NCBI RefSeq assembly: GCF_009914755.1
Contig: NC_060941.1
Strand: one strand, 5' to 3'
Length of the DNA stretch: 64,000 nt
Source: the human T2T-CHM13v2.0 reference genome, Homo sapiens
A program made the position numbers and the translations under genes. The notes below the pieces were generated by a model. That model saw only the letters and a program-made list of their open reading frames with translations. It made no database searches and was not told the origin of the DNA. Numbering within the stretch: the stretch's first letter is position 1; each line of letters opens with the position of its first letter. Shown piece after piece: positions 1 through 11,266 of this stretch.

Positions 1-67
1 AGTGGATATTTGGACCTCTCTGAGGATTTCGTTGGAAACGGGATAACTGCACCTAACTAAACGGAAG

Positions 68-3000
68 CATTCTCAGAAACTTCTTGGTGATGTTTGCATT
101 CAAATCCCAGAGTTGAACCTTCCTTTGATAGTTCAGGTTTGAAACACTCTTTTTGTAGGATCTGCAAGTGGATATTTGGACCACTCTGTGGCCTTCGTTC
201 GAAACGGGTACATCTTCGCATAAAATCTAGACAGAAGCCTTCTCAGAAACTTCTCTGTGATGATTGCATTCAACTCACAGAGTTGAACCCTCCTATGGAT
301 AGAGCAGTGTTGAAACTCTCTTTTTGTGGAATCTGCAAGTGGATATGTGGACCTCTCCGAAGATGTCTTTGGAAACGGGAATATCTTCACATAAAAACTA
401 AACAGAAGCATTCTCAGAAACTTCTCTGTGATGTTTGTGTTCAACTCCCAGAGTTTCACATTGCTTCTCATAGAGTAGTTCTGAAACATGCTTTTCGTAG
501 TGTCTGCAAGTGGACATTTGGAGCGCTTTCAGGCCTGTGGTGGAAAACGAATTATGGTCCCATAAAAACTGGAGAGAAGCATTGTCAGAAACTTCTTTGT
601 GATGATTGCATTCAACTCACAGGGTTGAAGGTTCCTTTTCAAAGAGCAGTTTCCAATCACTCTTTCTGTGGAATCTGCAAGTGGATATTTGGACCTCTTT
701 GAAGATTTCGTTGGAAACGGGAGAATCTTCACAGAAAAGCTAAACAGAAGCATTCTCAGAAACTTCTCTGTGATGTTTGTGTTCAACTCCCAGAGTTTCA
801 CATTGCTTCTCATAGAGTAGTTCTGAAACATGCTTTTCGTAGTGTCTGCAAGTGGACATTTGGAGCGCTTTCAGGCCTGTGGTGGAAAACGAATTATGGT
901 CACATAAAAACTGGAGAGAAGCATTGTCAGAAACTTCTTTGTGATGATTGCATTCAACTCACAGAGTTGAAGGTTCCTTTTCAAAGAGCAGTTTCCAATC
1001 ACTCTTTCTGTGGAATCTGCAAGTGGATATTTGGACCTCTTTGAAGATTTCGTTGGAAACGGGAGAATCTTCACAGGAAAGCTAAACAGAAGCATTCTCA
1101 GAAACTTCTTTGTGATGCTCGCATTCAACTCACAGAGTTGAACTTTCCTTTCGAGAGAGAAGCTTTGAAACACTCTTTTTCCAGAATCTGCAAGTGGACA
1201 TTTGGAGGGCTTTGAGGCCTGTGGTGGAAAAGGAATTATCTTCCCGTAAAAGCTAGACAGAAGCATTCTCAGAAACTACTTTGTGATGATTGCATTCAAG
1301 TCACAGAGTTGAACATTCCCTTTGACAGAGCAGTTTGGAAACTCTCTTTGTGTAGAATCTGCAAGTGGAGATATGGACCGCTTTGAGGCCTATGGTAGTA
1401 AAGGAAATAGCTTCATATAAAAGCTAGACAGTAGCATTCAGAAAAAACTCTTGGTGACGACTGAGTTTAACTCACAGAGCTGAACATTCCTTTGGATGGA
1501 GCAGTTTCGAAACACACTATTTGTAGAATGTGCAAGTGGATATTTGGGCCTCTCTGAGGATTTCGTTGGAAACGGGATAAACCGCACAGAACTAAACAGA
1601 AGCATTCTCAGAACCTTCTTCGTGATGTTTGCATTCAACTCAACAGTGTTGAACCTTTCTTTGATAGTTCAGGTTTGAAACGGTCTTTCTGTAGAAACTG
1701 CAAGTAGATATTTGGACCGCTCTGAGGATTTCGTTGGAAACGGGATAACCCGCACAGAACTAAAACAGAAGCATTCTCAGAACCCTCTTCGTGATGTTTG
1801 CATTCAACTCACAGTGCTGAACCTTTCTTTGATAGTTCAGCTTTGAAACACTCTTTTTGTAGAAACTGCAAGTGGATATTTGGTCCTCTCTGAGGATTTC
1901 GTTGGAAACGGGATAAACCGCACAGAACTAAACAGAAGCATTCTCAGAACCTTCTTCGTGATGTCTGCATTCAACTCACAGTGTGGAACCTTTCTTTGAT
2001 AGTTCAGGTTTGAAACACTCTTTTTGTAGAAACTGCAAGGGGATAATTGCACTCTTTGAGGAGTACCGTAGTAAAGGAAATAACTTCCTATAAAAAGAAG
2101 ACAGAAGCTTTCTCAGAAAATTCTTTGGGATGATTGAGTTGAACTCACAGAGCTGAGCATTCCTTGCGATGTAGCAGTTTAGAAACACACTTTCTGCAGA
2201 ATCTGCAAGTGCATATTTGGACCTCTCTGAGGAATTCGTTGGAAACGGGATAATTTCAGCTGACTAAACAGAAGCAGTCTCAGAATCTTCTTTGTGATGT
2301 TTGCATTCAAATCCCAGAGTTGAACTTTCCTTTCAAAGTTCACGTTTGAAACACTCTTTTTGCAGGATCTACAAGTGGATATTTGGACCACTCTGTGTCC
2401 TTCGTTCGAAACGGGTATATCTTCACATGACATCTAGACAGAAGCATCCTCAGAAGCTTCTCTGTGATGACTGCATTCAACTCATGGAGTTGAACACTCC
2501 TTTTGAGAGCGCAGTTTTGAAACTCTCTTTCTGTGGCATCTGCAAGGGGACATGTAGACCTCTTTGAAGATTTCGTTGGAAACGGAATCATCTTCACATA
2601 AAAACTATACAGATGCATTCTCAGGAACTTTTTGGTGATGTTTGTATTCAACTCCCAGAGTTGAACTTTCCTTTGGAAAGAGCAGCTATGAAACACTCTT
2701 TTTCTAGAATCTGCAAGTGGACGTTTGGAGGGCTTTGTGGTTTGTGGTGGAAAAGGAAATATCTTCACCTAAATACTAGATAGAAGCATTCTCAGAAACT
2801 GCTTTGTGATGATTGCATTCACCTCACAGAGTTGAACATTCGTATTGATAGAGCAGTTTGGAAACACTCTTGTTGTGGAATGTGCAAGTGGAGATTTGGA
2901 GCGCTTTGAGGCCTATGGTAGTAAAGGGAATAGCTTCATAGAAAAACTAGACAGAAGCATTCTCAGAAAATACTTTGTGATGATTGAGTTTAACTCACAG

Positions 3001-3124
3001 AGCTGAACATTCCTTTGGATGGAGCAGGTTTGAGACACACTTTTTGTAGAATCTACAAGTGGATATTTGGACCTCTCTGAGGATTTCGTTGGAAACGGGA
3101 TAACTGCACCTAACTAAACGGAAG
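68..3124 (+). repeat. HOR unit U1: 18-mer variant (3057 bp)
   Basis: The distance to the next unit start is 3057 bp. It contains a tandem 342-bp duplication at 398-739 and 740-1081. Confidence 0.95.
398..1081 (+). repeat. Tandem 2 x 342-bp (W4-W3 dimer) duplication inside U1
   Basis: CTAAACAGAAGCATTCTCAGAAACTTCT recurs at 398, 740 and 1082. The GAGTTTCACATTGC monomer and the GTTGAAGGTTCC monomer each occur twice. Confidence 0.95.
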
Positions 3125-3249
3125 CATTCTCAGAAACTTCTTGGTGATGTTTGCATTCAAATCCCAGAGTTGAACCTTCCTTTGATAGTTCAGGTTTGAA
3201 ACACTCTTTTTGTAGGATCTGCAAGTGGATATTTGGACCACTCTGTGGC

Positions 3250-3266
3250 CTTCGTTCGAAACGGGT
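3250..3266 (+). other. CENP-B box (W2-type CTTCGTTCGAAACGGGT), example from U2; recurs twice per HOR (also 5115-5131)
   Basis: Matches the core TTCGNNNNANNCGGG. Confidence 0.85.
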
Positions 3267-3420
3267 ATATCTTCGCATAAAATCTAGACAGAAGCCTTCT
3301 CAGAAACTTCTCTGTGATGATTGCATTCAACTCACAGAGTTGAACCCTCCTATGGATAGAGCAGTGTTGAAACTCTCTTTTTGTGGAATCTGCAAGTGGA
3401 TATGTGGACCTCTCCGAAGA

Positions 3421-3437
3421 TGTCTTTGGAAACGGGA
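3421..3437 (+). other. Degenerate CENP-B box position (TGTCTTTGGAAACGGGA); degenerate in every HOR
   Basis: The TTCG core is replaced by GTCT, so it is predicted not to bind. Confidence 0.75.
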
Positions 3438-3763
3438 ATATCTTCACATAAAAACTAAACAGAAGCATTCTCAGAAACTTCTCTGTGATGTTTGTGTTCA
3501 ACTCCCAGAGTTTCACATTGCTTTTCATAGAGTAGTTCTGAAACATGCTTTTCGTAGTGTCTACAAGTGGACATTTGGAGCGCTTTCAGGCCTGTGGTGG
3601 AAAACGAATTATGGTCACATAAAAACTGGAGAGAAGCATTGTCAGAAACTTCTTTGTGATGATTGCATTCAACTCACAGAGTTGAAGGTTCCTTTTCAAA
3701 GAGCAGTTTCCAATCACTCTTTCTGTGGAATCTGCAAGTGGATATTTGGACCTATTTTGAAGA

Positions 3764-3780
3764 TTTCGTTGGAAACGGGA
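3764..3780 (+). other. CENP-B box (TTTCGTTGGAAACGGGA) in the W3 monomer that is duplicated in the 18-mers
   Basis: Exact core match. Confidence 0.9.
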
Positions 3781-4276
3781 GAATCTTCACAGGAAAGCTA
3801 AACAGAAGCATTCTCAGAAACTTCTTTGTGATGCTTGCATTCAACTCACAGAGTTGAACTTTCCTTTCGAGAGAGAAGCTTTGAAACACTCTTTTTCCAG
3901 AATCTGCAAGTGGACATTTGGAGGGCTTTGAGGCCTGTGGTGGAAAAGGAATTATCTTCCCGTAAAAGCTAGATAGAAGCATTCTCAGAAACTACTTTGT
4001 GATGATTGCATTCAAGTCACAGAGTTGAACATTCCCTTTGACAGAGCAGTTTGGAAACTCTCTTTGTGTAGAATCTGCAAGTGGAGATATGGACCGCTTT
4101 GAGGCCTATGGTAGTAAAGGAAATAGCTTCATATAAAAGCTAGACAGTAGCATTCACAGAAAACTCTTGGTGACGACTGAGTTTAACTCACAGAGCTGAA
4201 CATTCCTTTGGATGGAGCAGTTTCGAAACACACTATTTGTAGAATGTGCAAGTGGATATTTGGGCCTCTCTGAGGA

Positions 4277-4628
4277 TTTCGTTGGAAACGGGATAAACCG
4301 CACAGAACTAAACAGAAGCATTCTCAGAACCTTCTTCGTGATGTTTGCATTCAACTCACAGTGTTGAACCTTTCTTTGATAGTTCAGGTTTGAAACGGTC
4401 TTTCTGTAGAAACTGCAAGTAGATATTTGGACCTCTCTGAGGATTTCGTTGGAAACGGGATAAACCGCACAGAACTAAAACAGAAGCATTCTCAGAACCC
4501 TCTTCGTGATGTTTGCATTCAACTCACAGTGCTGAACCTTTCTTTGATAGTTCAGCTTTGAAACACTCTTTTTGTAGAAACTGCAAGTGGATATTTGGTC
4601 CTCTCTGAGGATTTCGTTGCAAACGGGA
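4277..4628 (+). other. Three consecutive CENP-B boxes (4277, 4444, 4612) in the internally triplicated monomer segment
   Basis: Core matches spaced 167 and 168 bp apart; the same arrangement occurs in every HOR. Confidence 0.88.
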
Positions 4629-4948
4629 TAAACTGCACAGAACTAAACAGAAGCATTCTCAGAACCTTCTTCGTGATGTCTGCATTCAACTCACAGTGTG
4701 GAACCTTTCTTTGATAGTTCAGGTTTGAAACACTCTTTTTGTAGAAACTGCAAGGGGATAATTGCACTCTTTGAGGAGTACCGTAGTAAAGGAAATAACT
4801 TCCTCTAAAAAGAAGACAGAAGCTTTCTCAGAAAATTCTTTGGGATGATTGAGTTGAACTCACAGAGCTGAGCATTCCTTGCGATGTAGCAGTTTAGAAA
4901 CACACTTTCTGCAGAATCTGCAAGTGCATATTTGGACCTCTGTGAGGA

Positions 4949-4965
4949 ATTCGTTGGAAACGGGA
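4949..4965 (+). other. CENP-B box overlapping the HOR-defining EcoRI site (GAATTCGTTGGAAACGGGA)
   Basis: GAATTC at 4947-4952; the core is intact. Confidence 0.88.
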
Positions 4966-5285
4966 TAATTTCAGCTGACTAAACAGAAGCAGTCTCAGAA
5001 TCTTCTTTGTGATGTTTGCATTCAAATCCCCGAGTTGAACTTTCCTTTCAAAGTTCACGTTTGAAACACTCTTTTTGCAGGATCTACAAGTGGATATTTG
5101 GACCACTCTGTGTCCTTCGTTCGAAACGGGTATATCTTCACATGACATCTAGACAGAAGCATCCTCAGAAGCTTCTCTGTGATGACTGCATTCAACTCAC
5201 GGAGTTGAACACTCCTTTTGAGAGCGCAGTTTTGAAACTCTCTTTCTGTGGCATCTGCAAGGGGACATGTAGACCTCTTTGAAGA

Positions 5286-5302
5286 TTTCGTTGGAAACGG
5301 AA
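5286..5302 (+). other. Near-match CENP-B box (TTTCGTTGGAAACGGAA) with the last core G lost; same in every HOR
   Basis: CGGA is present instead of CGGG. Confidence 0.7.
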
Positions 5303-5798
5303 TCATCTTCACATAAAAACTATACAGATGCATTCTCAGGAACTTTTTGGTGACGTTTGTATTCAACTCCCAGAGTTGAACTTTCCTTTGGAAAGAGCAG
5401 CTATGAAACACTGTTTTTCTAGAATCTGCAAGTGGACGTTTGGAGGGCTTTGTGGTTTGTGGTGGAAAAGGAAATATCTTCACCTAAATACTAGATAGAA
5501 GCATTCTCAGAAACTGCTTTGTGATGATTGCATTCACCTCACAGAGTTGAACATTCCTATTGATAGAGCAGTTTGGAAACACTCTTGTTGTGGAATGTGC
5601 AAGTGGAGATTTGGAGCGCTTTGAGGCCTATGGTAGTAAAGGGAATAGCTTCATAGAAAAACTAGACAGAAGCATTCTCAGAAAATACTTTGTGATGATT
5701 GAGTTTAACTCACAGAGCTGAACATTCCTTTGGATGGAGCAGGTTTGAGACACACTTTTTGTAGAATCTACAAGTGGATATTTGGACCTCTCTGAGGA

Positions 5799-5815
5799 TT
5801 TCGTTAGAAACGGGA
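5799..5815 (+). other. CENP-B box of the last (W1) monomer of the HOR
   Basis: TTTCGTTAGAAACGGGA here, with the variant at a non-core position. The CGCG-mutated form occurs in U4-U7 and U9. Confidence 0.85.
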
Positions 5816-8554
5816 TAACTGCACCTAACTAAACGGAAGCATTCTCAGAAACTTCTTGGTGATGTTTGCATTCAAATCCCAGAGTTGAACCTTCCTTTGA
5901 TAGTTCAGGTTTGAAACACTCTTTTTGTAGGATCTGCAAGTGGATATTTGGACCACTCTGTGGCCTTCGTTCGAAACGGGTATATCTTCGCATAAAATCT
6001 AGACAGAAGCCTTCTCAGAAACTTCTCTGTGATGATTGCATTCAACTCACAGAGTTGCACCCTCCTATGGATAGAGCAGTGTTGAAACTCTCTTTTTGTG
6101 GAATCTGCAAGTGGATATGTGGACCTCTCCGAAGATGTCTTTGGAAACGGGAATATCTTCACATAAAAACTAAACAGAAGCATTCTCAGAAACTTCTCTG
6201 TGATGTTTGTGTTCAACTCCCAGAGTTTCACATTGCTTTTCATAGAGTAGTTCTGAAACATGCTTTTCGTAGTGTCTACAAGTGGACATTTGGAGCGCTT
6301 TCAGGCCTGTGGTGGAAAACGAATTATGGTCACATAAAAACTGGAGAGAAGCATTGTCAGAAACTTCTTTGTGATGATTGCATTCAACTCACAGAGTTGA
6401 AGGTTCCTTTTCAAAGAGCAGTTTCCAATCACTCTTTCTGTGGAATCTGCAAGTGGATATTTGGACCTATTTTGAAGATTTCGTTGGAAACGGGAGAATC
6501 TTCACAGGAAAGCTAAACAGAAGCATTCTCAGAAACTTCTTTGTGATGCTCGCATTCAACTCACAGAGTTGAACTTTCCTTTCGAGAGAGAAGCTTTGAA
6601 ACACTCTTTTTCCAGAATCTGCAAGTGGACATTTGGAGGGCTTTGAGGCCTGTGGTGGAAAAGGAATTATCTTCCCGTAAAAGCTAGATAGAAGCATTCT
6701 CAGAAACTACTTTGTGATGATTGCATTCAAGTCACAGAGTTGAACATTCCCTTTGACAGAGCAGTTTGGAAACTCTCTTTGTGTAGAATCTGCAAGTGGA
6801 GATATGGACCGCTTTGAGGCCTATGGTAGTAAAGGAAATAGCTTCATATAAAAGCTAGACAGTAGCATTCACAGAAAACTCTTGGTGACGACTGAGTTTA
6901 ACTCACAGAGCTGAACATTCCTTTGGATGGAGCAGTTTCGAAACACACTATTTGTAGAATGTGCAAGTGGATATTTAGGCCTCTCTGAGGATTTCGTTGG
7001 AAACGGGATAAACCGCACAGAACTAAACAGAAGCATTCTCAGAACCTTCTTCGTGATGTTTGCATTCAACTCACAGTGTTGAACCTTTCTTTGATAGTTC
7101 AGGTTTGAAACGGTCTTTCTGTAGAAACTGCAAGTAGATATTTGGACCTCTCTGAGGATTTCGTTGGAAACGGGATAACCCGCACAGAACTAAAACAGAA
7201 GCATTCTCAGAACCCTCTTCGTGATGTTTGCATTCAACTCACAGTGCTGAACCTTTCTTTGATAGTTCAGGTTTGAAACACTCTTTTTGTAGAAACTGCA
7301 AGTGGATATTTGGTCCTCTCTGAGGATTTCGTTGGAAACGGGATAAACTGCCCAGAACTAAACAGAAGCATTCTCAGAACCTTCTTCGTGATGTCTGCAT
7401 TCAACTCACAGTGTGGAACCTTTCTTTGATAGTTCAGGTTTGAAACACTCTTTTTGTATAAACTGCAAGGGGATAATTGCACTCTTTGAGGAGTACCGTA
7501 GTAAAGGAAATAACTTCCTCTAAAAAGAAGACAGAAGCTTTCTCAGAAAATTCTTTGGGATGATTGAGTTGAACTCACAGAGCTGAGCATTCCTTGCGAT
7601 GTAGCAGTTTAGAAACACACTTTCTGCAGAATCTGCAAGTGCATATTTGGACCTCTGTGAGGAATTCGTTGGAAACGGGATAATTTCAGCTGACTAAACA
7701 GAAGCAGTCTCAGAATCTTCTTTGTGATGTTTGCATTCAAATCCCCGAGTTGAACTTTCCTTTCAAAGTTCACGTTTGAAACACTCTTTTTGCAGGATCT
7801 ACAAGTGGATATTTGGACCACTCTGTGTCCTTCGTTCGAAACGGGTATATCTTCACATGACATCTAGACAGAAGCACTCTCAGAAGCTTCTCTGTGATGA
7901 CTGCATTCAACTCACGGAGTTGAACACTCCTTTTGAGAGCGCAGTTTTGAAACTCTCTTTCTGTGGCATCTGCAAGGGGACATGTAGACCTCTTTGAAGA
8001 TTTCGTTGGAAACGGAATCATCTTCACATAAAAACTATACAGATGCATTCTCAGGAACTTTTTGGTGATGTTTGTATTCAACTCCCAGAGTTGAACTTTT
8101 CTTTGGAAAGAGCAGCTATGAAACACTGTTTTTCTAGAATCTGCAAGTGGACGTTTGGAGGGCTTTGTGGTTTGTGGTGGAAAAGGAAATATCTTCACCT
8201 AAATACTAGATAGAAGCATTCTCAGAAACTGCTTTGTGATGATTGCATTCACCTCACAGAGTTGAACATTCCTATTGATAGAGCAGTTTGGAAACACTCT
8301 TGTTGTGGAATGTGCAAGTGGAGATTTGGAGCGCTTTGAGGCCTATGGTAGTAAAGGGAATAGCTTCATAGAAAAACAAGACAGAAGCATTCTCAGAAAA
8401 TACTTTGTGATGATTGAGTTTAACTCACAGAGCTGAACATTCCTTTGGATGGAGCAGGTTTGAGACACACTTTTTGTAGAATCTACAAGTGGATATTTGG
8501 ACCTCTCTGAGGATTTCGTTGGAAACGGGATAACTGCACCTAACTAAACGGAAG

Positions 8555-11266
8555 CATTCTCAGAAACTTCTTGGTGATGTTTGCATTCAAATCCCAGAGT
8601 TGAACCTTCCTTTGATAGTTCAGGTTTGAAACACTCTTTTTGTAGGATCTGCAAGTGGATATTTGGACCACTCTGTGGCCTTCGTTCGAAACGGGTATAT
8701 CTTCGCATAAAATCCAGACAGAAGCCTTCTCAGAAACTTCTCTGTGATGATTGCATTCAACTCACAGAGTTGAACCCTCCTATGGATAGAGCAGTGTTGA
8801 AACTCTCTTTTTGTGGAATCTGCAAGTGGATATGTGGACCTCTCCGAAGATGTCTTTGGAAACGGGAATATCTTCACATAAAAACTAAACAGAAGCATTC
8901 TCAGAAACTTCTCTGTGATGTTTGTGTTCAACTCCCAGAGTTTCACATTGCTTTTCATAGAGTAGTTCTGAAACATGCTTTTCGTAGTGTCTACAAGTGG
9001 ACATTTGGAGCGCTTTCAGGCCTGTGGTGGAAAACGAATTATGGTCACATAAAAACTGGAGAGAAGCATTGTCAGAAACTTCTTTGTGATGATTGCATTC
9101 AACTCACAGGGTTGAAGGTTCCTTTTCAAAGAGCAGTTTCCAATCACTCTTTCTGTGGAATCTGCAAGTGGATATTTGGACCTCTTTGAAGATTTCGTTG
9201 GAAACGGGAGAATCTTCACAGAAAAGCTAAACAGAAGCATTCTCAGAAACTTCTTTGTGATGCTTGCATTCAACTCACAGAGTTGAACTTTCCTTTCGAG
9301 AGAGAAGCTTTGAAAAACTCTTTTCCAGAATCTGCAAGTGGACATTTGGAGGGCTTTGAGGCCTGTGGTGGAAAAGGAATTATCTTCCCGTAAAAGCTAG
9401 ACAGAAGCATTCTCAGAAACTACTTTGTGATGATTGCATTCAAGTCACAGACTTGAACATTCCCTTTGACAGAGCAGTTTGGAAACTCTCTTTGTGTAGA
9501 ATCTGCAAGTGGAGATATGGACCGCTTTGAGGCCTATGGTAGTAAAGGAAATAGCTTCATATAAAAGCTAGACAGTAGCATTCACAGAAAACTCTTGGTG
9601 ACGACTGAGTTTAACTCACAGAGCTGAACATTCCTTTGGATGGAGCAGTTTCGAAACACACTATTTGTAGAATGTGCAAGTGGATATTTGGGCCTCTCTG
9701 AGGATTTCGTTGGAAACGGGATAAACCGCACAGAACTAAACAGAAGCATTCTCAGAACCTTCTTCGTGATGTTTGCATTCAACTCACAGTGTTGAACCTT
9801 TCTTTGATAGTTCAGGTTTCAAACGGTCTTTCTGTAGAAACTGCAAGTAGATATTTGGACCTCTCTGAGGATTTCGTTGGAAACGGGATAACCCGCACAG
9901 AACTAAAACAGAAGCATTCTCAGAACCCTCTTCGTGATGTTTGCATTCAACTCACAGTGCTGAACTTTTCTTTGATAGTTCAGCTTTGAAACACTCTTCT
10001 TGTAGAAACTGCAAGTGGATATTTGGTCTTCTCTGAGGATTTCGTTGGAAACGGGATAAACTGCACAGAACTAAACAGAAGCATTCTCAGAACCTTCTTC
10101 GTGATGTCTGCATTCAACTCACAGTGTGGAACCTTTCTTTGATAGTTCAGGTTTGAAACACTCTTTTTGTAGAAACTGCAAGGGGATAATTGCACTCTTT
10201 GAGGAGTACCGTAGTAAAGGAAATAACTTCCTATAAAAAGAAGACAGAAGCTTTCTCAGAAAATTCTTTGGGATGATTGAGTTGAACTCACAGAGCTGAG
10301 CATTCCTTGCGATGTAGCAGTTTAGAAACACACTTTCTGCAGAATCTGCAAGTGCATATTTGGACCTCTGTGAGGAATTCGTTGGAAACGGGATAATTTC
10401 AGCTGACTAAACAGAAGCAGTCTCAGAATCTTCTTTGTGATGTTTGCATTCAAATCCCCGAGTTGAACTTTCCTTTCAAAGTTCACGTTTGAAACACTCT
10501 TTTTGCAGGATCTACAAGTGGATATTTGGACCACTCTGTGTCCTTCGTTCGAAACGGGTATATCTTCACATGACATCTAGACAGAAGCATTCTCAGAAGC
10601 TTCTCTGTGATGACTGCATTCAACTCACGGAGTTGAACACTCCTTTTGAGAGCGCAGTTTTGAAACTCTCTTTCTGTGGCATCTGCAAGGGGACATGTAG
10701 ACCTCTTTGAAGATTTCGTTGGAAACGGAATCATCTTCACATAAAAACTATACAGATGCATTCTCAGGAACTTTTTGGTGATGTTTGTATTCAACTCCCA
10801 GAGTTGAACTTTCCTTTGGAAAGAGCAGCTATGAAACACTGTTTTTCTAGAATCTGCAAGTGGACGTTTGGAGGGCTTTGTGGTTTGTGGTGGAAAAGGA
10901 AATATCTTCACCTAAATACTAGATAGAAGCATTCTCAGAAACTGCTTTGTGATGATTGCATTCACCTCACAGAGTTGAACATTCCTATTGATAGAGCAGT
11001 TTGGAAACCCTCTTCTTGTGGAATGTGCAAGTGGAGATTTGGAGCGCTTTGAGGCCTATGGTAGTAAAGGGAATAGCTTCATAGAAAAACTAGACAGAAG
11101 CATTCTCAGAAAATACTTTGTGATGATTGAGTTTAACTCACAGAGCTGAACATTCCTTTGGATGGAGCAGGTTTGAGACACACATTTGTAGAATCTACAA
11201 GTGGATATTTGGACCTCTCTGAGGATTTCGTTGGAAACGCGATAACTGCACCTAACTAAACGGAAG
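8555..11266 (+). repeat. HOR unit U4: 16-mer, 2712-bp subtype
   Basis: Three 1-bp length differences relative to the 2715-bp type: GGACCTCTTTG, AAAAACTCTTTTCC and CACACATTTG. Confidence 0.93.

Larger units (their letters stand above)
3125..8554 (+). repeat. HOR units U2-U3: two 16-mers (2715 bp each)
   Basis: Unit starts are at 3125, 5840 and 8555. Each has a single copy of the dimer and the GGACCTATTTTG allele. Confidence 0.95.

Noticed and set aside
1415-2096. TATA-like motifs (CATATAAAAG, CCTATAAAAAG) as promoters
   Set aside because: These are ordinary AT-rich monomer-end sequence. Nothing in the sequence supports promoter function, although alpha-satellite transcription in general is known.
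4612-5815. Box variants TTCGTTGCAAACGGG (4620) and TTCGTTAGAAACGGG (~5806); also TTCGATCGAAACGGG (57724)
   Set aside because: The changes fall at non-core (N) positions, so I did not count them as CENP-B box losses.
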